DNA of 57,339 nt, taken from positions 1-57,339 of the IMG/VR virus record IMGVR_UViG_3300035659_000014. The stretch is one strand, 5' to 3'. This stretch comes from a virus. Taxonomy: Duplodnaviria; Caudoviricetes. The notes below the pieces were generated by a model. It was given only the letters and a program-made list of their open reading frames with translations. It did not search any database and had not been told where the DNA came from. Each line of letters begins with the position of its first letter. Within the stretch, counting starts at the first letter, position 1. The position numbers were made by a program, and so were the translations under genes. This document shows positions 16,705 to 25,156 of this stretch, piece after piece.

Positions 16705-18212
16705 CACGTCTCCCAGCCGAAGTACTTCTCAACCCAGCCCTTTTTCGGCGCCGGCCTCGGGATCGGTGCGGGCGGTGGCTCCACAACCGGAGGCGGCACA
16801 ACAACCGGCGGGATCGGGTCCGGCTGCGGCTCCGGGATCGGTTCGGGTCCCGGCGCCGGCGGCAGATCAATCGCCGGTTCGCCTTCGACGGCGGCCGCGA
16901 TCGCCTCGTACCACGGGATCATCGCGGGGTGCTGCCCGGTCCCCCCGAGGCGATCGGGTCCCGAGAAAAACAGCAGCGCCACGATCTGCGGATGCGCCCG
17001 CGCGACCTCCGGGTAGACCGCGAGCAGCCCCACCAGCGGCGCCTCGCGTGTCCAGCCGTTGTTCTCCCGGTTCGTGCGCCGGTCGTACATCTGGCAGAGC
17101 AGGACCACGGGCGTCCCCTGTGGTACCTGCATTAACTTCTCTTCGCAGTAGACCTTCAGCGCCGCACGCGCCTCCGCGACGGTTGCGGGTCCGGGCGGTG
17201 GCAGGTACGCATAGATGCCCATCCACGTCTCGCCGATCGGCGTCATCCAGATAGTACTGTCAGCGCCAAGTTTGGCGATCGGCATCGCGTCACGCCGGCG
17301 TACAAGCCAGCCCGTCGGTCCAAACTCGCAGTTTCCCCCCAGCGTACGCCCTGCATCCTTGTAAGCGCCGATCCAGAGCGGGCGAAGCGGTGCGATCTCT
17401 CCAGGCTGCGGGACCGGAATCACCTCAGCCGGCGGCACGTAGACGGGATCGGCGACGTAGGGCGGCTGGCAGACCGCAAAGAGGATCGGGCCGAACTGCT
17501 CCCCCATCCGGGCGACGACCAGGCATTCCGCGCTGTCACCGCTGACGTGCGGCTCCATCGCGGGATCCCGGCGATCCAGCGTCGTCACGAGGCCATCGAC
17601 GGCGAGCAGCAGGCCCGGCTCAGCCGGTGCGCCCCTGCCCTGCCCGACAACCACATCATGCGATGCGCAGGGAAACCCGAACCAGCGCCCGTTGATCTCG
17701 CTGCCGTGCTCCGGGTAGACGACCGGCTGGCCGGCCGCATCGAAGTGCGAGGACCCCGAAGAAGTCATCACGTGCGAGCCGGTCGTACTCGAGACCGACA
17801 AGCCGTCCTCTGAGATCCGCCAGCGCGCGTGCTGCGTCCCGTTGAAGGGCACGGCGAGGTCGAAGGCGTCACCATCCCAGCGCACGATCGGCCGCGTGGC
17901 GCAGTGCCCCATGTTCGGCAGGAACCCGCGCGTCGAGAGCCAGACCACGGCATCATCGCTGCCCGACTGCGATTGCCCGGCGATGCAGATCACGTCACGT
18001 GGCGACATGGCGATCCGCTGCAACCCAAGACCATCCGGCGGGTGCAGGCGCGGGTGAAACAGTTTGCTGAAGGTATTCGCCGCGTCCTCGCGATCGATGA
18101 CAAGGTTCGGCTCCGTGCCCGGCGCGTCCGTCCACGCGCGTACGATGCGGCCCTGGCTGTCGAAGCAGCCGTCGCCGTACATGCCGAGCACTTCAGACGA
18201 GCGGACAATCAT
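16704..18212 (-). CDS. Hypothetical 502-aa protein, beta-rich with Pro-rich tail
   Basis: Long ORF with ATGA coupling; family not recognised. Confidence 0.65.
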   Translation of the reverse strand: MIVRSSEVLGMYGDGCFDSQGRIVRAWTDAPGTEPNLVIDREDAANTFSKLFHPRLHPPDGLGLQRIAMSPRDVICIAGQSQSGSDDAVVWLSTRGFLPNMGHCATRPIVRWDGDAFDLAVPFNGTQHARWRISEDGLSVSSTTGSHVMTSSGSSHFDAAGQPVVYPEHGSEINGRWFGFPCASHDVVVGQGRGAPAEPGLLLAVDGLVTTLDRRDPAMEPHVSGDSAECLVVARMGEQFGPILFAVCQPPYVADPVYVPPAEVIPVPQPGEIAPLRPLWIGAYKDAGRTLGGNCEFGPTGWLVRRRDAMPIAKLGADSTIWMTPIGETWMGIYAYLPPPGPATVAEARAALKVYCEEKLMQVPQGTPVVLLCQMYDRRTNRENNGWTREAPLVGLLAVYPEVARAHPQIVALLFFSGPDRLGGTGQHPAMIPWYEAIAAAVEGEPAIDLPPAPGPEPIPEPQPDPIPPVVVPPPVVEPPPAPIPRPAPKKGWVEKYFGWET

Positions 18213-18616
18213 TTCTTCGGCTCCGGCGCGTATCCGAGTTTCCCGTCCGGCAATTGCATGATGACGTAGCCGGGTTTTTGCAGGCTGGCCAGCAGGGCCT
18301 GCAGGTCGGTCTTCAGCTTGTCAACGACCTGCTGCTGTTGCGCCAGGCGCAGAAACGCGTTCTCCAGCCGCAGCCCGTCAATCTCGGCGAGCACGGGTGC
18401 TGGCGCCGGCTTCGCCGCTTCGGTGACCGCCGGCTTCTCGGGCGGCTTCTGCGGCGCCTGCGAGAGCGTCCCTCCGGAGATTGCCCCAACATCATCGGCA
18501 TTGACGGTGCCAGTCACGCCAACCTTCACTGGCGCGGGCGGCTTCGGCTTCTCCTGCGCCCAGCCAGGGGCCGCCAGAGCCACGAAAACGACCATGCACG
18601 TGAGAATGTGCCTCAT
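18209..18616 (-). CDS. Secreted Pro-rich/coiled-coil protein
   Basis: AGGAGG SD; signal peptide MRHILTCMVVFVALAAPGWA-Q. Confidence 0.7.
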   Translation of the reverse strand: MRHILTCMVVFVALAAPGWAQEKPKPPAPVKVGVTGTVNADDVGAISGGTLSQAPQKPPEKPAVTEAAKPAPAPVLAEIDGLRLENAFLRLAQQQQVVDKLKTDLQALLASLQKPGYVIMQLPDGKLGYAPEPKK

Positions 18617-18641
18617 GTAACCTCCTGGTCGCAGAAACCCC

Positions 18642-18670
18642 TTGACTGAGCTGAACCGTGCGCGCACAAT
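18642..18670 (+). promoter_or_regulatory. Sigma70-type promoter
   Basis: TTGACT-17-CACAAT. Confidence 0.55.
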
Positions 18671-18707
18671 AAAAAGGCCCGCCAGATCGGTGATTATCTG
18701 GCGAGCC
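18669..18707 (-). terminator. Intrinsic terminator
   Basis: GGCTCGCCAGAT..ATCTGGCGGGCC followed by a T run on the minus strand. Confidence 0.65.
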
Positions 18708-18709
18708 AG

Positions 18710-19060
18710 CGACTCGGATCTGGACGGAACAGACCCGGCGCAGATCAAAGCGTAACCCGCTTCAATCCCGCCGTCAACCTCGCCCAGATCCACAACATCA
18801 CCCATCGTTGCGGACGGACCTAACGGTGGCGCAGCGATGCCGGCGCGGGCTACCACGGGAGTTGCACAGCCCGCAGCGTGAGAGCGTGATCGCCAAGAGC
18901 GCGCAACGAGGGTCGGGTGAGGCCCGGCCGACAGTCTAGGCGAAACACCAGCCGCCTTCACGGACTGGCGTCCCATTCCGACGGGGGGTCGTCCGGGGCC
19001 TGATCGTACGGTGGGCAAGCGCTCTTTCCTGTTTTCAGGAGAGAGAGCTTTGCCCAAATC
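18710..19060 (+). ncRNA. Candidate structured ncRNA or leader
   Basis: Dense consecutive hairpins with plus-strand G-U pairs and UAAC/GAGA loops downstream of a promoter. Confidence 0.5.
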
Positions 19061-19111
19061 CTCTGGAGGATCGAATCGAAGCCTGGTGGTACAAGAAAGA
19101 AGGGGATTGAG

Positions 19112-19321
19112 ATGGGACGGTGGAAAACGCGCCAGTGGATTCCACGATCGGACGTCGCACTCGTGCCGTGCGGTGGCTGTCGCGCGAAAATTCCCGAAGG
19201 CGCGCCATGGTTCTACAATTCGAGTCGTGTCGCTATCCTGGTCGTGCTCTGCGCCGATTGCTACCGGGTGCGCATCGCAGAACCGGAATTGAAGCGGCAC
19301 GAACCGGAGTTCGGAAGGTAG
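19112..19321 (+). CDS. Small zinc-finger protein
   Basis: AAGGGG SD; CGGC..CADC. Confidence 0.5.
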   Translation: MGRWKTRQWIPRSDVALVPCGGCRAKIPEGAPWFYNSSRVAILVVLCADCYRVRIAEPELKRHEPEFGR

Positions 19322-19397
19322 GCCAATTCGTGGTCGATTCGCGCTCGGCTTCTCGATTCTTGCGTTCATCGTTTCACTCTCTCCCGGAGGTGCGCCG

Positions 19398-19901
19398 ATG
19401 CGGTCTCTCCTGCTCGCCGTGGTCGTGGTCCTGTTCGCCTCATCTGCCGTTGCTCAAGAGAAACCGTCGCTCTCGCGCAGCCTGACGGCAGCCCTGAAAG
19501 ATCCGACAACCTGGGCGCCTGCCGGGATCGGATTCGTCGCGAAGAAACTCGATTGGGACAGCTCGCAACGCTTGTTCGCCCTCGGTTCGACCGAGATGAA
19601 CCCCCGGTTCACAATCAACGGCCAATCCGATGCCCCGCCGATTTCCTTCGCTGCTGGCAACCGAATCATCCTGCGTCGGACCGCCGTGGTCGCCGCCGAA
19701 TCGTACACGCACAACGTCATTGCAGTGTCCATCGATCGCGCACTTCAGCGCAGATTCCCGGCTCACCGCCGATTGGTCTCCACTCTCGGATGGATCGAAC
19801 GCCTCGCCTTCGCCTCCGGTCGCGCCTATCTTGTCTCGGCCGCTAGCTGGCGTGCCTGGCGGACCAACCTCAAAATGCTTAACGGCTACTCTGGCCGCTG
19901 A
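19398..19901 (+). CDS. Secreted/membrane moron protein
   Basis: GGAGGT SD; signal peptide ending AVA-Q; antisense to the late operon. Confidence 0.7.
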   Translation: MRSLLLAVVVVLFASSAVAQEKPSLSRSLTAALKDPTTWAPAGIGFVAKKLDWDSSQRLFALGSTEMNPRFTINGQSDAPPISFAAGNRIILRRTAVVAAESYTHNVIAVSIDRALQRRFPAHRRLVSTLGWIERLAFASGRAYLVSAASWRAWRTNLKMLNGYSGR

Positions 19902-22900
19902 ATAACTGAAGTACGAGCGCCCGCAACACCGCCAATTCCTCGCGGAGGGCCACGACTTCTCTGCCGAACGGCGTATCGTAGGGCGAGATCAATGTGATGA
20001 CGATGCCCTTCTCAAGTGTGCCTACGAATGCTCCGGCAGCCACCGCACTTTCGCCGTTCGTCTTCTGAAAAACTTGAGCATCCGGTCCGACCACGAGAGC
20101 TTGATAGCTTCCCGTGGTCGTCGGCGCGTTGAAATAAAGATCTGACAGTTGATGGCTCGCCTCACCGATTTGGGTCGAACGGATCATCGCCGCGATGAGC
20201 GTACCCCAACCGCTCCCGGATTCGAAGATGAAATTGTCGCCCGAATTTCCGCCGGTCTGGAAGGTCATGGCGTGGTCGGACGATAGCCACGTTCCGGGCC
20301 GATAGCCACCGCTCGTTTGATACGCGAGACCGCTGATGCCGCCGCCAGTGAAACCATATGAATGCGGCGCATCGGCCGCCGTTGTCGGCGAAATCTGGAT
20401 CCCACTATTCTTGATCGTCACGGTCCCGCCCACGATTGTTCCCGTGCTCCCGACATCCAACCCGGTTGATGCGACCGTCACTCGATTCGATGAATCGCCG
20501 AAATAGCCAGAGGTGCCGTGGATCGCGCCGGTGACATCCGCGTCGGCCATTACCACATGGCCAGTCGGCAGAACGCGAAACGGCGCGGTCGCGCGATCGA
20601 CGTATTTCTTCCCGGCGTAGAACGGATAATCGCTCGGCGCCAACCCCGCCGAATCCGCGTCGGTCGCCCCGTCCTTCTTGAGATAGTCGGCGGCCCACGT
20701 CCAGCCGCCGACCACATCCATCTGTGAAGCCGTGATCGTGTTCGCGACAATGTCCGTCGCATAGATCGCCGCAAACCTCCGAATCGAGATCCCGTCCCAC
20801 CAGACACTCCCCGCCTGCACGTCGTCATACCCGAGGGTCGCATAGACCGTCAGCGAAGCGCTACTCGGCTTGAACCGCTGGTAGCACAACGTCCAATCGT
20901 GCGCGGCATTGTCGGCCGGCAATCCCAGGCCGGTGTAGGTGCCCGTGATCGCCGTGCACCCGCGCGTTTGAATCGTCGCCGCCGCCGGGTACAGCAGGAG
21001 CGCGGCGCCCCAGCCCGGTTTGCCCGTCGAGAGTGCAGAGGTCTTCAGCCAGAACGACACTTCGTAAGTCGCGCCGGACTCAACAGCAAACGTCTGGTAG
21101 GAGTAGCTCGTCATGTCGGCGGCGGAGGTGAACTTCAGGGACCGGGTCCCACCGTGCTTCGCGTCCTCAGCGACCAGCAAGCCGTCGCCCTGGTTGTAAA
21201 GCCAGGACGTGGCCTGCACACCGATCGTGCCGATCTCGCCGCCGCCGTTGAGCACCAGGGACCAGGGATCGAAGCCGAGGTCTTGATTCGTGATGCCACC
21301 GCCATCGCCGATGAAACTGCCGCTGGTCGCTATGATCGCACCGGTGATGGTGGCGTTGGTGAACTTCGCTACTCCTGCGGCGCTGATACTCGCCGGTGCA
21401 TCGGCGAAGGCCGTAGCCCCAGCCCAGAACCCGCCAGCCGCCTGCACCTCCACGCGCGTGGCACCGGAGCCGGCATACAGTTCAGTGGCGTTGACGATGA
21501 AGCCGGCCATCGTGACGACGCCTGCAGTCGTCCAGGCGATCCCGTTCGTGCCAAGGGTTCCGCTGCCGTCCGTCAGCACGCTGAACCGCAACGTCGGGCC
21601 AGCGTCGTAGCCCTTGATGCCCGTCGAATCGAAGACGACACGCGCCCCACTACCGGCCGTTTGAAACGTGCCGCTCGTCGCCGTGAAATTCCCGCTCGAA
21701 TCCAGTGTGGTGTTCGCCGCCTTCCACACCAGCTTCGTCCCGTCGTACTGCCAGTAGTTGTTCGCATCGGCGTAGTACGACACGCGGGCCTTTCCTGCTC
21801 CGTGGTTCCATTCCATGAAGATGCCGGCATTCGCGCCGTAGGCGCTTGGCGCAGGACTGCCGAGGCTCAGGTAGGGCGAGGTCGTGTTCCGCCGAACGGC
21901 GAAAACATTCGTCGCGCCGTCCCAGAGCGAGATGTCCACGCCGTGCAGCTCGATGAGCTGATCGCTGGCGACGATGTACTGGCCATCGGTGGCTCCGTAA
22001 GACTTGCCGGCATACAGACCATAGCCCCAGGTGCCGGGGCCGACGCCCGCGAGATTCCCCGCGCGCTCCCGCACGACCTGCCCCGTTTTCGGATGCGTGG
22101 TCCAGGTCACGACCTGCGAATACGGGGAGTTGACGCCCCAGAGTCCATCCACGGTCGTAATCTCATGGATGCCGTTGCCCGACACCCCGTAGTCGAGTGT
22201 GAGCTGGCCTTTCTTGATCGTCCCGCTTCCGGTGCCGCCGTCAGCCCCGGCAGAACGCGCGAAGGTCCAGGTCTGCGTCCCGTCGCCGTTGTGCGTGTGC
22301 GCCGTCGCGCTCACCGTGCCCCACGAATCAGCAATCGTCAGCGAGCCGGCTGTGCGTGTGAATTGGCGGAAACGCAGGAAGTCACTCGCCTCGAATACGT
22401 CGATGTTGGGCGCCTCTGCCAGATCTTCGACGATGAATGTCGTGCTGGCGCCGGCTGCCGGCAGGGTGAAATCCGCCGCGATGATGGCGACCGACTTGCT
22501 GACAATCTCCCCACCGGCCAAGGCCCGCTCGAAGTCGGCGACGAAGGCTTTCGCGTGCATCTCATCAACAAAGAGGTAACGCATATCCCACGCACCAGCC
22601 GCCGTGCCGCGCCAGCCCGTGAGTTGCGACACGTAGCCGGGGACGCCGACATAGCCGGCGATATTCGTGTTCCCAACGACAGACAAATTGTTATCGCCCG
22701 GGTCGGCGGTGTCGCCGACGTTCAGCCCGCCATTGATGGCGAGTTTGGCGAGTGGGGCGGTGAAGCCGATGCCGACGTTGCCGTTGATCGCCAGTACCAA
22801 CTGTCCAACACCCGGTCCTTGCGCCGACAGGTAGATCGGTCTCCAAGTCCCACTGCCGCCAACTTCATTGAAAATCTGGAATGTCGATCCCATTGCCCTG

Positions 22901-23523
22901 ATTCGTATGTCTTCATAATTTGCGGGCGTGGCAATGAAATCCGTGTTGTAGATGGTGATGTCCGCCTTGTTGTCGACCGAGAAACCCGTCCCTCTCGGGA
23001 TGACGACCAGACCGGGTTTCACGTTCGTGCCACTCGACGGATACACGGACAATTCGGCAACGTTGTTGTAAACCGATGATGCCTTGATGTACGCGTCACG
23101 ATTCGTCCCGGTGCCTCTCGTGATGATGAGCGAATACCCGTTCGAGATTTGCAGGTCGCCGCCGAAGATGAACGTCCCCGCAGGGAAGGTGCCCGGGGCG
23201 ATGTCGGCGGCCGTCAACGCCACCGCGCCTACGCGCTCGGCGACGGAGGTGACGTCCTGGACCCAGCCGGTGTTCCCGGTGCCGGTGGCTTTGTGATAGA
23301 GGATGCCGGTCGCGGAGTCGATGCAGAGATCGCCGACGGCGCCGACGACGTGAGTTTCGGGGGTGCCGGCGTAGTAACCGATCTTCGGCCCCAGCGTTGA
23401 GCCGTCCACGGTCAGTTGGATGTACGGTGTCCACACCGGTTGCCACTGCGCCGCAGCCGGCGTAGCGAGCAGAAGCAGGCTACCGAGTAAGACCCAGATA
23501 CGCCGTCGCCCAGATCGGTTCAT
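19879..23523 (-). CDS. Tail fibre/receptor-binding protein with CBM-like domain and signal-peptide-like N-terminus
   Basis: Gly/Thr/Ala-rich beta repeats, GNVGIG motif, LVLNGGGE..YEVSFWLKT..WWDGISIR module, C-terminal coiled coil; AGGAG SD. Confidence 0.8.
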   Translation of the reverse strand: MNRSGRRRIWVLLGSLLLLATPAAAQWQPVWTPYIQLTVDGSTLGPKIGYYAGTPETHVVGAVGDLCIDSATGILYHKATGTGNTGWVQDVTSVAERVGAVALTAADIAPGTFPAGTFIFGGDLQISNGYSLIITRGTGTNRDAYIKASSVYNNVAELSVYPSSGTNVKPGLVVIPRGTGFSVDNKADITIYNTDFIATPANYEDIRIRAMGSTFQIFNEVGGSGTWRPIYLSAQGPGVGQLVLAINGNVGIGFTAPLAKLAINGGLNVGDTADPGDNNLSVVGNTNIAGYVGVPGYVSQLTGWRGTAAGAWDMRYLFVDEMHAKAFVADFERALAGGEIVSKSVAIIAADFTLPAAGASTTFIVEDLAEAPNIDVFEASDFLRFRQFTRTAGSLTIADSWGTVSATAHTHNGDGTQTWTFARSAGADGGTGSGTIKKGQLTLDYGVSGNGIHEITTVDGLWGVNSPYSQVVTWTTHPKTGQVVRERAGNLAGVGPGTWGYGLYAGKSYGATDGQYIVASDQLIELHGVDISLWDGATNVFAVRRNTTSPYLSLGSPAPSAYGANAGIFMEWNHGAGKARVSYYADANNYWQYDGTKLVWKAANTTLDSSGNFTATSGTFQTAGSGARVVFDSTGIKGYDAGPTLRFSVLTDGSGTLGTNGIAWTTAGVVTMAGFIVNATELYAGSGATRVEVQAAGGFWAGATAFADAPASISAAGVAKFTNATITGAIIATSGSFIGDGGGITNQDLGFDPWSLVLNGGGEIGTIGVQATSWLYNQGDGLLVAEDAKHGGTRSLKFTSAADMTSYSYQTFAVESGATYEVSFWLKTSALSTGKPGWGAALLLYPAAATIQTRGCTAITGTYTGLGLPADNAAHDWTLCYQRFKPSSASLTVYATLGYDDVQAGSVWWDGISIRRFAAIYATDIVANTITASQMDVVGGWTWAADYLKKDGATDADSAGLAPSDYPFYAGKKYVDRATAPFRVLPTGHVVMADADVTGAIHGTSGYFGDSSNRVTVASTGLDVGSTGTIVGGTVTIKNSGIQISPTTAADAPHSYGFTGGGISGLAYQTSGGYRPGTWLSSDHAMTFQTGGNSGDNFIFESGSGWGTLIAAMIRSTQIGEASHQLSDLYFNAPTTTGSYQALVVGPDAQVFQKTNGESAVAAGAFVGTLEKGIVITLISPYDTPFGREVVALREELAVLRALVLQLFSGQSSR

Positions 23524-25156
23524 TGGTCACTCCTGGAGTCACTTTGCAAACGCACCACGTCGCAGAGGCCGGCGCCGAGACGGTCAATTCGACGGCCGTG
23601 TCCACTGTCTCGCTCACCGGCGTCGTCGTCGTGCCCGAAATCAAGGCGCCCGTGAGTAGGTTGTAGATCCCGAGCGTCACCGAGACGGCGCTGTGTAGCG
23701 ACCGTACGATACCGAGCAGGGTGAAGAGGTGCCCGGCGTGCGCCGTGCCGCCCCAGCGGAAGGGCCGCGCCTGCTGCAGCTCGTAGTAGGTTGCCGCCGT
23801 CCCGATGATCGGATCGCGCCGTGACCCGCCCAGATCGATCGTCGCGAACCCGACGCCACCGGAAGTCGGCACCGCGCCGCCACCGATCACCGTCGTCACC
23901 CCGCTGCCGCCGCCCAGAGACTTCGCCAAATCGCGCCATGAACCTTGGTAGATGGTCCCGAGGATCCCGGAGCCTTCGTAGCGCAGACGTTCGATATTGG
24001 CTTCCTGGAACGTCTGGACTTCGGTGAGTAGATAGGTGCCGTTCACGCCACGACGCGCGCAAACGATCGCTTGGCTCTTGCCCGGCGCCAGCCCCGCGGT
24101 CTTTGTTCCATAGAAGAATTCGTCCGTGTCGATCTGCCGCTGCGCGCGGTACGCATCGGCGAGGGCCTGCGCGCGGACGCGCTCGAACACGGTTGGTTCC
24201 TCGAGCGGGATCTCGACGGCGGCGCCGCTGCCGACCGAGACGACCGTGCCAGGGAAGGCGCCGGTGTAATTCGTGTAGATGCTCTCGGCGCCGCCGATGA
24301 GCGTCTGATCGCTACGTTGGTACAACGAATTGTCCGACGCCCGGTAGGCCCAGGCCGTGCTCGTATCCGGATAGATGCAGACCGGGTGATAGACCGGCCC
24401 CGGGACCGTCACGATGTTCGGCACGGTCGCCGCTGGTACATCTAGGGCAAAGATGCGCGTGACCCCATTGCCCGCGTGGGCCTCATTGTCGATCCAGCGC
24501 TGTCCCTGGCCGAATCGGAGGATGACGGTGTTCGCGTAGTTCGTGCGACTCTTTCGGCGCCGCGGCTCGCCCTGAATGTGGCCGTCCCCCTCCGCGATTG
24601 ACCAGGCTGGCGCGCCGGTGCCCGGCTTGAAGACTTGCAGCTCATCAGTCGGCGCGATGCGCCAGACCAGGTTTCCGAGCAGCGCGCAGAGTTCATTTAA
24701 CACTTCGGTGAGCTGCCGGTAGTCGTACGGGAGCGCGGGGAGTGTGCCGGTCGCCCCAATGACCGCCGTGAACCAGATCCCGTCTGCTGCGAGGTAGGTC
24801 GTCACCAGATCGGTGACGACCGTGTCAGGATCGGCAGCCGCGGCGTACGTCTTCAACACGAACCGCTCGTCGCACCGTCGCGCCATGCCGCGCGCGTCGA
24901 TCTGGATTGAGAGGATGTTCTTTCGGCCGCTTTCTTCTGGCGAGACCACGGCGCCATGGAAGATCGGGGTGCCGATGGGGTTCTCGACGAGCACGTCGTC
25001 ATCGATCGCGGGCCGGTAGCCGCCGATCGCGTGCATGTCGCGGAAAGTCAAGGAGAGGGTCGAAGCGCTACAAAGCGGATCCCGGATGCGCAGGGAGCCC
25101 TTCCGCGCCCAGTGGGTCTTGTCGAGCGACGTGGCCATCGTGATGACGAGGGCCAT
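23480..25156 (-). CDS. Minor tail (hub/baseplate-type) protein
   Basis: Directly after tape measure; LNELCALLGNLVWRI, NYANTVILR. Confidence 0.7.
   Translation of the reverse strand: MALVITMATSLDKTHWARKGSLRIRDPLCSASTLSLTFRDMHAIGGYRPAIDDDVLVENPIGTPIFHGAVVSPEESGRKNILSIQIDARGMARRCDERFVLKTYAAAADPDTVVTDLVTTYLAADGIWFTAVIGATGTLPALPYDYRQLTEVLNELCALLGNLVWRIAPTDELQVFKPGTGAPAWSIAEGDGHIQGEPRRRKSRTNYANTVILRFGQGQRWIDNEAHAGNGVTRIFALDVPAATVPNIVTVPGPVYHPVCIYPDTSTAWAYRASDNSLYQRSDQTLIGGAESIYTNYTGAFPGTVVSVGSGAAVEIPLEEPTVFERVRAQALADAYRAQRQIDTDEFFYGTKTAGLAPGKSQAIVCARRGVNGTYLLTEVQTFQEANIERLRYEGSGILGTIYQGSWRDLAKSLGGGSGVTTVIGGGAVPTSGGVGFATIDLGGSRRDPIIGTAATYYELQQARPFRWGGTAHAGHLFTLLGIVRSLHSAVSVTLGIYNLLTGALISGTTTTPVSETVDTAVELTVSAPASATWCVCKVTPGVTNEPIWATAYLGLTR

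Noticed and set aside
18617-19369. N-terminal extension making a 386-aa ORF 18209..19369
   Set aside because: Low-complexity translation, crosses a terminator and a plus-strand gene; the strong SD and signal peptide are at 18616
19879-20500. Diversity-generating retroelement target at the tail fibre C-terminus
   Set aside because: No reverse transcriptase and no template/variable repeat pair seen
20899-23079. 726-aa plus-strand ORF and many similar long antisense ORFs (e.g. 6233..7672, 26263..27705)
   Set aside because: Shadow frames of real minus-strand genes in high-GC DNA; Arg/Pro-rich with no motifs
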